The notes under the pieces are model-generated. The model had not been told where the DNA came from. It worked only from the letters and a program-made list of their open reading frames with translations, and ran no database searches. Source: an uncultured Gemmatimonadales bacterium (GTDB lineage Bacteria > Gemmatimonadota > Gemmatimonadetes > Gemmatimonadales > GWC2-71-9). Taken from it: a stretch of 64,000 nt of DNA. Of the stretch, positions 1 through 10,334 are shown piece by piece. The DNA lies in assembly GCA_963821525.1 (NCBI GenBank), contig CAWGED010000005.1, positions 800,001-864,000 on the forward strand. Reading direction: 5' to 3'. A program made the position numbers and the translations under genes. Position 1 is the stretch's first letter; each line of letters opens with the position of its first letter.

Positions 1-1388
1 GGGCCAAGGTCGCGCCAGGCGACGAGACGCCGTTTCGGGAGTGGGGAGCGGCGGCGCTGGCGCGACACGATCGTTCGACGGCGCGGAAGGCCTACACTAT
101 GGGGCGGGAAAAGCTCGGCCGTCCTGATGCGTTGGCTGCCGAAGTCGCGCAGCTCGCGGTCATGGACGAGGACTGGAGTGGAGCCGCCAGGGAATGGGCT
201 CGCGCCACTAAAGCCATGCCGGGATACCGCCCCTCTGCTATCAGCTCGCTCTCCGAGGCGCCGAAGAAGGCTCACGACGACATCCTGAAGCAGCTGGACA
301 AGGAAGATTCTCCCGAGGCCACTCGGCTCTCGGTTGCCCTCCGCGCTCGCTGGGGAGATCCGCTCGGCGCCTTCAACTCGCTCATGGAGAATCTCCCGGA
401 AGGTTCGGCGCCGGCGATAGAGGCGCTGCAACAGTTCCTGGAACAGGCCAAGACCCAGAGCACGCCCGACGCATACAAGGCGCAGGGAAAGGCACTCGAG
501 GAGCTGGCCGAACGCTGGACCGGCGCGCCGCAGAAGGCCCGCTTTCGTCTCGACGCCGCCCGCGCCTACGCGAGCGCCGGTGACCGCGCTTCTGCCCGGC
601 GGATGCTGACCATGATCGCGGAAGACCCGGTCAACGCGCCGACCGTGACCGCGGGAGCCTCCGCGACCCTGGTCGGGCTTCTGGTAGACGAAGGCAAGCT
701 CGACGAAGCGTCCAAGCGGCTGGAGGAGTATCGCAACCTGCTTCCGGTGGATGAGTACCAGGGCCTGAGACGGGACATCGCGCTTGGCTACGGGCGAACC
801 GGTGCGCCGGATCGCGGGTTGGCGTTGCTCGCCTCGGACAGCACAGTAGAAGGAATGGCTGCGGTAGGGCGCATTCAACTCTATCGTGGCGACATCAAGG
901 GAGCATCGGATGCCTTCCGGGCCGCCGGGCCGTTTGCCGGTGACCGGGCTCAGGCGACGGAACGCACCGCTTTGCTCGCGGTACTCCAGCCTATCGACGC
1001 CGAGTCGCTTCCGGCACTGGGGTCCGCGTTCGCGAAGCTCGATTCGGGCGACAGCGTTCACGCGGCCGCCGCATTCGAGAAGCTGGCCACGGATCTGCCT
1101 CCGACAGGCGGTGGCGCCGAGCTGAAGCTCCTGGCGGGACGGATTCAGGCGGCGCAGAAGCAGCCGGTCGCGGCCGAGCAACTCTTTCGGGCGGCGATCG
1201 TGAAAGACGCTCCCGCTACGGCAGCCGCGGCCTCACTGGAGCTTGGTCGCCTGCTGATGGACCAGGAGCGCCCTTCCGAGGCGGCCATAATGCTGGAGAG
1301 GATGATCCTGGATTATCCCACGAGCGCCCTCGTGCCCCAGGCGCGACGGCTGCTCGATCAGGCGCGGGGAGCGACGCCGAAGACATGA
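1..1388 (+). CDS. TPR-repeat protein (5'-partial)
   Basis: Frame is open from the window start (AKVAPGDETPF...). Ala-rich helical repeats and a C-terminal 'LERMILDYPTSALVPQARRLL' TPR-type signature. Confidence 0.75.
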   Translation, partial: AKVAPGDETPFREWGAAALARHDRSTARKAYTMGREKLGRPDALAAEVAQLAVMDEDWSGAAREWARATKAMPGYRPSAISSLSEAPKKAHDDILKQLDKEDSPEATRLSVALRARWGDPLGAFNSLMENLPEGSAPAIEALQQFLEQAKTQSTPDAYKAQGKALEELAERWTGAPQKARFRLDAARAYASAGDRASARRMLTMIAEDPVNAPTVTAGASATLVGLLVDEGKLDEASKRLEEYRNLLPVDEYQGLRRDIALGYGRTGAPDRGLALLASDSTVEGMAAVGRIQLYRGDIKGASDAFRAAGPFAGDRAQATERTALLAVLQPIDAESLPALGSAFAKLDSGDSVHAAAAFEKLATDLPPTGGGAELKLLAGRIQAAQKQPVAAEQLFRAAIVKDAPATAAAASLELGRLLMDQERPSEAAIMLERMILDYPTSALVPQARRLLDQARGATPKT

Positions 1389-2687
1389 AGCGGCGAGAAT
1401 TCCTGAGAACGGCGGGCCGGGCGGGCATGGCGGGAGTGGCGGGCACCTGGCTCGGCTCAATCCCAACCTTCCCGCGGAGAGCCGCCCCGTGGTACCTGAT
1501 TCCCATGGACGACGTGCAGTCGGATCACCTCAAGGCGTATGGGGTGACCTATCGCGTCCTCGAGCGGGGCAGCCGGGCGGAATGGTTCCTCAACTATCGC
1601 GGCGGATCGTTTCTGGTGCCGGGAGAGGTCGGTACCGATCGGGATGCGGCACTGGCGGGGGTGACGCTGGAGCCGCTCGACGAAAACCGGCTGCTCTCGA
1701 TCCGGGCCCAGATCCAGCAGGAGAACATGGATGCGGTGCCGCTCGAGAAGCCGCCCAAGGTCGCGGTGTACGTCACCCCGGGAGCCTCGCCCTGGGACGA
1801 CGCGGTCACCATGGTGCTCAACTACGCCGGCATCAGCTTCGAGAAGATCTGGGACCCGGAAGTCGCCACCAAGGCGCTCAAGAAGTACGACTGGCTGCAC
1901 CTCCACCACGAGGACTTTACCGGCCAGTACTCCAAGTTCTTCCTGAATTACTCCGGCGCGCCCTGGCTCACCGACATGGTGCAGCGCAATCAGGCGACGG
2001 CCAAGGCACTCGGTTTCCCCAATGTGCCCGCGGAGAAGCGTGCGGTCGCTCAGGAGATCCGGGCGTTCGTGGATCGCGGCGGGTTTCCTCTTCGCCATGT
2101 GCACCGCGACCGAGACGCTCGACCTGGCGCTGGCCAGTGCCAACACCGACATCGCCGCGTCCTATGCCGACGGGACGCCGATGGCGCCCGACGCGGCAAG
2201 CCACATGGACTGGAGCCAGACGCTCGCCTTCCAGAATGCGCAGCTGGAGCTGAGCCCCAACGTACCGGCCTTCTCCGACATCGACGGCCACCAGGTCAAC
2301 TCCCCGGAGCGCCGCCAGCCGCTCGGGGCCTTCAAGCTCTTCGGCTTCAGTGCCAAGATCGATCCGGTCGCCACGATGCTGGTGCAGAACCATCGCGACG
2401 TGATCCCCGACTTCTACGGCCTCACAACCTCATTTACCAAGCGCACCCTGAAGCCGGCGGTGACGGTCCTGGCGGACGAGACCGGTGCGTCCTGGGTCAA
2501 ATACATCCACGGTGAGTTGGGCCAGGGCACCTGGACCTTCTACGGCGGCCACGACCCCGAAGACCCGCAGCACCAGATCGGCGACCCCCCCACCGACCTC
2601 TCCCTCCATCCCCATTCTCCGGGGTATCGGTTGATCCTGAACAACGTGCTGTTCCCGGCGGCGAAGAAGAAGGAATTGAAGACGTAA
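1385..2687 (+). CDS. Conserved exported protein of the family often mislabelled 'asparagine synthetase B' in Bacteroidota; Tat-like signal; one frameshift near 2085
   Basis: Motifs HLKAYG, WFLNYRGGSF, PWDDAV, YDWLHLHHEDFTGQY and GHDPED. ORFs 1385..2515 and 2022..2687 join at GGFLFAMC. N-terminus MKRREFL. Confidence 0.7.
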
Positions 2688-2690
2688 AAG

Positions 2691-2930
2691 CAGCCGTCAG
2701 CCGTCAGCCCATCAGCCTTCAGCTGTCCGCCGCCAGCCTCCAGCAGAGCACCTCATCCCGAGCGAAGCACCTCATCCCGAGGAGCGCGGCGACGAGGGAT
2801 CTAACCAACTTGCCTTGGCGTCTGGTCCAGGAGGCTAGATCCCTCACTTCGTTCGGGATGAGGTGCCCTGCTGGTGGCTGACAGCAAATCGGTTACCTGC
2901 TGACGGCTGAAGGCTGACGGCTGACGGCTG
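2691..2930. repeat. Inverted heptamer arrays (CAGCCGT)n...(ACGGCTG)n enclosing a REP-like palindrome
   Basis: cagccgtcagccgtcagcccatcagccttcag on the left and ctgacggctgaaggctgacggctgacggctg on the right. Confidence 0.85.
2740..2874. repeat. REP-like palindromic element with no gene
   Basis: Arm gcacctcatcccgag...gagggatcta pairs with tagatccctc...cgggatgaggtgc. The left 15-mer is duplicated. Confidence 0.8.
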
Positions 2931-2953
2931 AACGCGACTAAATTCCCCTACCA

Positions 2954-5455
2954 ATGCCTCGCATCCCCCAATCTCTCCAAGCCGCACTACGCACCGAAAT
3001 CGCCGCTGCCGGCGGTCGGGAGGTCTCCTTCGTCGCCCAGGTGGGACAAGATGGCGAAATCACTGCCGTCCGGGCCGTGGCGCGAGGGACGGTGGAGATG
3101 GTGCTGGCGCTGCCCGGCTCGGCGCAGCGGGGGGAGATGCTGCTCCACAATCATCCCAGCGGTGTGCTGGAACCGTCCATCGCCGATCTGAGTGTCGCCG
3201 CACGGCTACACGACGGGGGCGTCGGCTTCGGCATCATCAACAACAGCGCGACCGAGCTCTACGTCGTGGTCGAAGTGCCCAAGGGACGGGCGCAAAAAAA
3301 GCTCGATGCGCTTGGAGTGGTGAATACGCTGGGAGAACGGGGTCCCGTTGCTCACTGTATGGGACAGTACGAAGATCGGCCCAGTCAGCGTGACATGACC
3401 GCCTACATCACCGATGCCTACAACGAGGGCGGCGTGGTCCTGCTCGAGGCCGGTACCGGGGTAGGGAAGTCGTTCGCTTATCTGGTTCCCGCGCTGGCGT
3501 GGGCGCAGGCCAACGGGGAGCGCACGGTCGTGAGCACCAACACGATCAACCTTCAGGAACAGCTGGTCGGGAAAGACCTGCCGCTTCTCCGGGACGCGCT
3601 CTCGACCGAACAGCACGCGCCGACCTTCGCCCTTCTCAAGGGCTGGCGGAACTATCTCTGTCTCTCCCGGCTTCACGCCGCGATCGGCGCCCAGCGATCA
3701 CTGCTCGAACCGGACAAGTACGACGAGATCCGCAGCCTTGCCGAATGGGCTGGCCACACTGCCGACGGCACCCTGGCCGACCTCGCGGTCCCTCCCACAC
3801 CGGAAGTCTGGGACGAGGTCAGCGCCGAAGCCGACCTCTGCACCCGTCTCCAGTGCCCTCACTTCGAGCCCTGTTTCCTGTTCCGCGCTCGACGCGTGGC
3901 AGCAGAGGCGGACGTGGTTGTGGTCAATCACCATCTGCTCGCCGCCGACCTCGCGGTTCGGCAGGTGCAGGACAATTGGACCGAGGCCGCGGTTCTGCCG
4001 CCCTATCGCCGCCTGATCCTCGACGAGGCTCATCACCTGGAAGACGTCGCGGCCTCCCACCTGGGCATCCAGGTGAGCAGCCGTGGTCTGCGCCGTCTCC
4101 TGGGGAGACTGGAACGCAACGGCAAGGGATTGTTGCCGACTCTGGCGCACGAGCTGACCTCTCAGGGCGATCTCCTGAGCCGAGCCAGCCTCGACCTGCT
4201 CCGCGGCAAACTGCTCCCGGCGCTCTTCGACGCGCGGCGTGCCACCGACGAACTGCTCCTTCGCCTTCACGGTCGTCTGGAGTCGGAGCCGGGCGGCGTT
4301 CTCCGCCTGGGCGAAGACTTCGCGAGCGACCAGGTCTGGTCCCAGGGACTCTCGGTTGATCTCGAAGCCTCGCTGGGCGCGTTTCGCGGGATCCGCGACA
4401 CAATCGAGACGATTGTCGATCGCCTGACCGGTGCCAGTCCCTCGGATCGGCGCGATCAGCTCCTCCAGGAACTGCGAGGGGTGATGCGAAGGATGGAGGC
4501 CGCGTCCGATGGGCTCAATCGAACGCTGCGTCCCGCCGCGGGCGGTCCGCCGATGGTGCGCTGGATGGAACGCACCGGTGCCAAGGGTCAGCAGGTTTCC
4601 CTGGCGGCGGTGCCGCTCGACCTCGCCCCGATTCTTCGGGAGCTGCTCTTCGAGCGGGTCGAAACCGTCGCCCTGACCAGCGCCACGCTCGCCGCCGGCG
4701 GCGATTTCAACTTCCTTGAATCGCGCCTCGGCCTCAGCGGTGAGCCGAGTCTGGTGAGCACTCGCGAGATCCTGCCATCGCCGTTCGACTTCGGCGCTCA
4801 GTGCCTGTTCGGGATTCCCGACGACGTACCCGATCCCCGCGAGGACGAAACGGGACACTCTGCCGCTGCGGTGCAGATCGTTCATGATTTGGCGTGGGCT
4901 TCGGACGGTGGACTTTTTGTCCTGTTCACCAGCCACGCCGCGCTACGACGGGTAGCGCGCGAAGTTCGTCACATGGTGGGAGAGCGGTGGCCCCTCCTGG
5001 TGCAGGGTGAAGCGCCACGCGACGCTCTGCTCCGCCGCTTCCGCGAGAGCGGGCAGGCCATCCTCTTCGGCACCGATTCATTCTGGGAAGGTGTCGACGT
5101 TCCCGGTCGAGCGCTCCGGGCCCTGGTCCTCACCAAGCTACCTTTCAAGGTGCCTTCCGAGCCGCTCACTGCCGCCCGACTCGAGCGGCTGGCAGAGCAG
5201 GGCGAAGACGGCTTCATGAACTACCTTCTGCCCCACGCCGCGCTCAAGCTGAAGCAGGGCTTTGGCCGGCTGATCCGGAGGCGGACGGATGTCGGTGTGG
5301 TGGTGTTGCTGGACCGGCGAGTGCTTACCAAGCGGTACGGGTCCCTCGTGCTTGGCGGACTTCCGCCAGCCGATCGAGTGGTGGGACCGTGGCGCGAGGT
5401 CCGCATCAGGGTCGAGGACTTTTTCGCCCGTCACGGGATCGGAGCCAGTGTATGA
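2954..5455 (+). CDS. dinG: DinG/YoaA-family helicase with N-terminal JAB/MPN-like domain
   Basis: Q motif (RPSQ), Walker A AGTGVGKS, DEAH, Fe-S cysteines and QGFGRLIR. N-terminal HNHPSG...S..D motif. Confidence 0.85.
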   Translation: MPRIPQSLQAALRTEIAAAGGREVSFVAQVGQDGEITAVRAVARGTVEMVLALPGSAQRGEMLLHNHPSGVLEPSIADLSVAARLHDGGVGFGIINNSATELYVVVEVPKGRAQKKLDALGVVNTLGERGPVAHCMGQYEDRPSQRDMTAYITDAYNEGGVVLLEAGTGVGKSFAYLVPALAWAQANGERTVVSTNTINLQEQLVGKDLPLLRDALSTEQHAPTFALLKGWRNYLCLSRLHAAIGAQRSLLEPDKYDEIRSLAEWAGHTADGTLADLAVPPTPEVWDEVSAEADLCTRLQCPHFEPCFLFRARRVAAEADVVVVNHHLLAADLAVRQVQDNWTEAAVLPPYRRLILDEAHHLEDVAASHLGIQVSSRGLRRLLGRLERNGKGLLPTLAHELTSQGDLLSRASLDLLRGKLLPALFDARRATDELLLRLHGRLESEPGGVLRLGEDFASDQVWSQGLSVDLEASLGAFRGIRDTIETIVDRLTGASPSDRRDQLLQELRGVMRRMEAASDGLNRTLRPAAGGPPMVRWMERTGAKGQQVSLAAVPLDLAPILRELLFERVETVALTSATLAAGGDFNFLESRLGLSGEPSLVSTREILPSPFDFGAQCLFGIPDDVPDPREDETGHSAAAVQIVHDLAWASDGGLFVLFTSHAALRRVAREVRHMVGERWPLLVQGEAPRDALLRRFRESGQAILFGTDSFWEGVDVPGRALRALVLTKLPFKVPSEPLTAARLERLAEQGEDGFMNYLLPHAALKLKQGFGRLIRRRTDVGVVVLLDRRVLTKRYGSLVLGGLPPADRVVGPWREVRIRVEDFFARHGIGASV

Positions 5456-6063
5456 GCGGGGTGCGTCCGTCGAAGATCATCGGAGTGGGCCGGAACTATC
5501 GCGCGCACGCCGAGGAGCTGGGGAACGAGATGCCGGCACAGCCGATTCTCTTCTTCAAGCCGCCCTCGTCCCTGATCGGTGACGGCGAGGCCATCGTCCT
5601 GCCTTCTGTCTCGCAGCGGGTCGAGTTCGAGGCGGAGATCGGCATCGTGGCCGGCGCCCGGCTCCGGAATCTGACGGTCGAAGAGGCGGAGGCCGCTCCA
5701 CTTGGCTTCGTTTGTGTCAACGACGTGACGGCCCGCGATCTCCAGAAAGTGGACGGCCAATGGGGACGGGCGAAGGGATTCGACACCTTCTGTCCGGTCG
5801 GTTCCCGGGTGATTCACGGTGCCGACTGGCGGACCCTGGAAATCATCGGCAGGCTTAACGGCGTCGAGCGCCAGCGCGCACGGGCAACCGACATGGCGTT
5901 CTCGATCCCGATGCTGGTCTCGTTCATCAGCCGGGTAATGACCATCGAGCCCGGCGACCTGATCGCCACCGGCACGCCGGCTGGAACGGCACCGATGAAG
6001 CCGGGAGACGTAGTGGAGGTGGAGATTCCGGGAGTGGGCGTACTCAAGAACCCGGTGAGATAG
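5452..6063 (+). CDS. Fumarylacetoacetate hydrolase family protein
   Basis: GRNYRAHAEE, FFKPPSS, EAEIG, NDVTARD, KGFDTFCP and TGTPAG motifs. Confidence 0.9.
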   Translation: MSGVRPSKIIGVGRNYRAHAEELGNEMPAQPILFFKPPSSLIGDGEAIVLPSVSQRVEFEAEIGIVAGARLRNLTVEEAEAAPLGFVCVNDVTARDLQKVDGQWGRAKGFDTFCPVGSRVIHGADWRTLEIIGRLNGVERQRARATDMAFSIPMLVSFISRVMTIEPGDLIATGTPAGTAPMKPGDVVEVEIPGVGVLKNPVR

Positions 6064-6077
6064 GTCTTGGGAGAGCG

Positions 6078-6905
6078 ATGCTGCTGCCGCGCAGGTCGGA
6101 GTTTTCCTGGATTGCTGTCGTCGTCACCTTGGCGGTGCACAGCCTGTTGCTCTTCGTGGTCATCGAGGGGCGGCTTCCGGACGTCCCCAAGCGGCAACAT
6201 CTGATCGCCATCCTGCCGCCAGAGCCCGACCAGGTTCGCGCCTACCCCATGCCTTACTCGGCGCCTCGCCCGTTCATCGGCAAGGGGATTTCGAAGGCGC
6301 CGCTGCCGCCGGCCAATCCGCTGCCAGTCAAGGAACCGCCAGTCACTCTTCCAGTCGAGACCCTGACCAGCCCCGACACCGTGGTGCCTCACGTGAAATA
6401 CGGGAAGCTGTTTCCTGACCTGGGAGATGGCAGGCTCTGGGTTCGTCCGCTGCCGCTTCCACCGAGGGAGCTGGCCAAGCGGCTCGACAAATCCAACGCC
6501 GAGCTGGTGGACAGTGCCGTCACCCAGATCATCCAGGCGTTCCTCGATTCGGTGGGTGCCGCGCCGGGTGCGGAGGGCGCCGAGCTCCCGGACTGGACCA
6601 AAGAGGTGGATGGGCTCAAGTTCGGGCTGGACTCGAAGAACATTTATATCGCCGGCCTCAAGATTCCGGTGGCGGTGCTGGCGCTGCTGCCGATTCCGGC
6701 GGCAACCAACCAGCAGAACGCGTTCAAGCGGGACGGGATCATCTACGACGATCTTCGTCACGCCGCACAGCAGGCCCAGACGATGGATGATTTCAAGGAA
6801 GCAATCCGGAAGCTCAGGGAGCAGAGACAGAGGGAGTTGGAGTTCGATCGGGCCCAGCGGGAAAACCCGGATTCCCTGGCGGTGGAGGAAGAACCCAAAC
6901 AATGA
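6078..6905 (+). CDS. Hypothetical membrane-anchored protein with Pro-rich linker
   Basis: Long ORF with RBS, N-terminal TM segment and operonic position. Confidence 0.65.
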   Translation: MLLPRRSEFSWIAVVVTLAVHSLLLFVVIEGRLPDVPKRQHLIAILPPEPDQVRAYPMPYSAPRPFIGKGISKAPLPPANPLPVKEPPVTLPVETLTSPDTVVPHVKYGKLFPDLGDGRLWVRPLPLPPRELAKRLDKSNAELVDSAVTQIIQAFLDSVGAAPGAEGAELPDWTKEVDGLKFGLDSKNIYIAGLKIPVAVLALLPIPAATNQQNAFKRDGIIYDDLRHAAQQAQTMDDFKEAIRKLREQRQRELEFDRAQRENPDSLAVEEEPKQ

Positions 6906-7345
6906 AACTGGTGGACACTGAAGAGACGATCGTCCTGGTCACCGGCTCCGATATTCGGGCCGAGGAGCGGGACCGCCCCACGGCGTACCGCCTCAAGGCC
7001 GAAGTGGATCGGAGGGGAGATGGGCAGGCCTTCCGCCGGGCCGTGGTCGTGGGAGACGTGTGGTACCTGGAGAACCGGATCTTCCATCTCAATCCGACGA
7101 TCGCGATCGGCGGGCCGGGGGTGAACAACCTGAGCGATCAACTCCTGCAGACGCTGCCCGCGGTCTGGACCCAGGATCAGCGACTCTTCGTGCACGCCGA
7201 TTTCGATGGAGACTTGAAGCGGGCCTGTCTCTGGGGCGCCGATGCCGCGGCGACGGCCGGTGCGGTCGAATACTTCGTGACTCAGGGAATTCTGGACGAC
7301 CTGCTCCGGCGGATCTGGCGGTTCCGTTCCGGTGTTCTGGTGTGA
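6902..7345 (+). CDS. Hypothetical protein
   Basis: ATGA overlap with the upstream gene; protein-like composition (IAIGGPGVN). Confidence 0.65.
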   Translation: MKLVDTEETIVLVTGSDIRAEERDRPTAYRLKAEVDRRGDGQAFRRAVVVGDVWYLENRIFHLNPTIAIGGPGVNNLSDQLLQTLPAVWTQDQRLFVHADFDGDLKRACLWGADAAATAGAVEYFVTQGILDDLLRRIWRFRSGVLV

Positions 7346-7348
7346 GGA

Positions 7349-8520
7349 TCAGGGTGGTACGACGGTCCCATCCGGTTTGAGGCGGGCGCCGGTTCCGGGG
7401 AAGTCGAGTGCGGTGACCTGGTTGATCAGCGTGGTGGCTTGAGAGGTTGAATCGGGCGCGGGCCCGGTGCCCGGGATCTGAAGCAGCGGGACCATTCGCG
7501 CTCCCTCGAATTTCCCTTCACCAGACAGGTTCAGCTGCAGCACCGCGGTGACTCCCAGCGGGCCCGCCAGATTGAATCCCCTGTAGGTCGCGAAGTTCCC
7601 CAGCGAATAGAAGATCGGCCTTCCCTTGTAGAACTCGACCCCGCGGAGGACGTGCGGCCCGTGGCCCACGACCGCATCCGCACCGGCGTCGATCACCGCT
7701 CGAGCCCACTTCCGCAGATCTCCCCTCGGCTCCTTGGCGAGGAACTCCGGGCCATTCCCGGTACGCACCGCAGTCTTCCCCTCGGTCCCTCCGTGGAAAG
7801 TCACTACCAGCAAGTCCACGAGGCCGCGCAGGGAATCCACCAGTGCCGCGCTCTGGTTGATGTTGAGGAGATTGTACGCGTTGGGATAGGTGGAGAAGCC
7901 GATCAATCCCACCAGGGTCATCCGCTCGTCGCGAAACACCGGCGTGATCGCGATCTCCTCCACGGGCCCGTACGGAGTGAGACCGAGGTTGCGGAGGATG
8001 CTTTCGGTATTGAGCCGAGCGTCGAGGCCGTAATCGTTGGCGTGATTGTTGGCGAGGTTCAGGTGAGTGAACCCGGCGTCCTTGAGCCTCGGCGCCAGCC
8101 AGGTTGGCGTGGCGAAGGCATAGCAGTTCGATGGGGGCTTGGGCTTCTTCGTCGCCGCGGGTTTTTTCGCGGGCTTGGGTGCCTTGGTGGAATCGATAGC
8201 GGTGGTGTCCGGCGGCGGGCCGCACTTGTAGGACCAACCCGAGTCGGAGAGAACTCCTTCGAAGTTTCCTACGACCAGATCACCCTTGAGCAGCGAATCG
8301 ACCTGGGCGAAGGTCTGCCGTCCGCTGTCGGGCGGGATTCCGTCGGGGAGGGTGCGGGTGCCGAGGTTGATGTCACCGGTGAAGGCGAGACGGATGGGGA
8401 AGGGGTCGTGGACAATTCCTGTCTGGGCGGGAAGGCGGTCAGGCGGGAGGGCGGAAAAGCAACAACAGAGCCTGCCCGATCCAGAGCAATGACCGCCGCT
8501 GTCCGACCTGACCGCCGCAC
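7349..8520 (-). CDS. CapA/PgsA-family metallophosphatase-fold protein; start approximate, probable frameshift in the signal peptide
   Basis: AFTGDINLG, GNFEG, LANNHANDYG, FHGG, GHGPHV and FYSLGNF motifs. Confidence 0.8.
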
Positions 8521-9939
8521 TTACCTCCGTGCCGCTTCGAGTCGGGCCAGGCTTTCGTCCCGGCCCACCACCGCCAGCAACTCGTTCACCGGCTCGGAAA
8601 CCGTCCCGCCGGTCAGCGCGACGCGAATGGGCTGCATGACGTCGCCCAGCTTCTTTCCCTCGCGCTCGGCCAGACTCTTGAGGGTGACTTCGAGATTGGC
8701 TGGCGCCCAATCATCGGCGGACAGGGCGGACAGGGCGGACAGGGCGGACGAGAGATTGGTCGAGAAGGCGTCGCCCATCTTGGAAACGAGCTGCGTCCCC
8801 TTGGGATCCCGCACGATTTTGGTCGCATCGAGTCGCACCGCCACCTGCTTCGCGATGTCGAGCAGGGTCCGCGACCGCGCCTTCACCGCGTCGATCAGCG
8901 CCGACAGACGCTGTCCGTCGCCCTTCACTCCCATCTCGTCCAGGTGGTGCTTCACCGGTCCCAGCAGATCCTCGACCGGAACCAGCGAGAGGTACTCACC
9001 GTTCATCCACTCGAGCTTGGTCAGATCGAACACCGCGGGCTTCTTCTGGATCCCGTCGAGCGAGAAGAGCTTGATCATCTCCGCCTCGGGCAGGATCTCG
9101 CGGTCTCCGCCGGGCGACCAGCCCAGGAGCGCCAGGAAATTCCGCATCGCGAGCGGCAGGATGCCCAGGTTGCGATAGTCGCCCACCGCGGTCGCGCCGT
9201 GACGCTTGGAGAGCTTCTTCCCGTCGGCGCCGAGGATCATCGGCACGTGGGCGAAGGTCGGGATCGGCTTACCCAGCGCGCGGTAGATCGCGATCTGCTT
9301 CGGGGTGTTGGAGATGTGGTCGTCGCCCCGGATCACGTGGGTGATCTCCATCGCGATGTCGTCCGACACCACGGCGAGGTTGTAGATCGGGCTCCCGTCG
9401 CTCCGCAGGATGATGAAGTCGTCGAGATCGCGGCCCTGGAAGCTGATCCGCTCGTGCACCGCGTCGTCCCAGGCGATCTCCTCATCCGGCATCCGGAGCC
9501 GGATACTGAACGGGAGCCCCTTCGCCAGACGCTCATCGATCTCCTGCTTGCTCAGCCGGCCGCAGCCGACCGTCATAACGGAAGGGAGTCCCGGTCTTGT
9601 CGGCCCGGGCCCGCTGCGCATCCAGCTCCTCCTTGGTACAGAAGCACCGATACGCCTGATCCCGAGCCAGCATCGCCTCGGCGTCGGCCCGGTGGCGGTC
9701 GCCGTAGCCGCCCTGGAAGAAGGGACCCTCGTCGTAGGTGATGCCCAGCCAGGAGAGCCCCTCGAGGATCACCTGGGTGTGAGACTCGGTGCTCCGCTCC
9801 TTGTCGGTGTCCTCGATCCGCAGGATGAAGGTGCCGCCGGTGTTCCTGGCGAACAGCCAGTTGAACAGCGCCGTGCGGGCGCCGCCGACATGGAGGTAGC
9901 CGGTGGGGGATGGGGCGAAGCGGACGCGGGAGGGGTCAT
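8521..9939 (-). CDS. gltX: Glutamate--tRNA ligase (two apparent frameshifts, near 9930 and 9560)
   Basis: [31 protein letters not shown] and KLSKRHG. Confidence 0.92.
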
Positions 9940-9942
9940 GAA

Positions 9943-10045
9943 GGTGTCAGGTGCTAGGTGTCAGGTGTCAGGGGATCAAGCGGTGAGCGAGTACGCGGGC
10001 TGCGAAGGACTCTGACCACCTGATCACCTGATCCACTGACACCTG
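9943..10045. repeat. Inverted heptamer arrays (GGTGTCA)n...(TGACACC-like)n
   Basis: ggtgtcaggtgctaggtgtcaggtgtcagg ... ctgaccacctgatcacctgatccactgacacctg. Confidence 0.75.
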
Positions 10046-10051
10046 CAGTAA

Positions 10052-10142
10052 CGGAGTGGGAGGGATTCGAACCCTCGATAGGGCTTTTCAACCCTATAAC
10101 GGTTTAGCAAACCGCCGCCTTCAGCCTCTCGGCCACCACTCC
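10052..10142 (-). tRNA. tRNA-Ser(GCT)
   Basis: GGAGTGGTGGCCGAGAGG...GGTTTGCTAAACC...long variable arm...GGTTCGAATCCCTCCCACTCCG. CCA is not encoded. Confidence 0.95.
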
Positions 10143-10334
10143 AGAGGGCAGGATTCTAGCCCCATCACAGGGCCCCGACAAGGCATTGCACCCCGCGAAA
10201 CGTCCGGCGCTCCGCTCTGCTGCGGGCATCCCTCGACAGTCACAAGCTCCCACCCCGCTTGACGTTCCCTACAGGGTGCCAAAGGCATACCCATTGCTAC
10301 TCCTGAGGCATTCCTCGCAACAGGGAGGCAGCCC

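Noticed and set aside
10052..10071. att-site duplication of the tRNA-Ser(TGA) 3' end
   Set aside because: The only similar sequence is the intact paralogous tRNA-Ser(GCT), and no integrase is present.
10056..10262. ORFs overlapping tRNA genes (also 28466..28810, 59571..59827 and the 5' extension of 28060..28581)
   Set aside because: They are translations of tRNA sequence.
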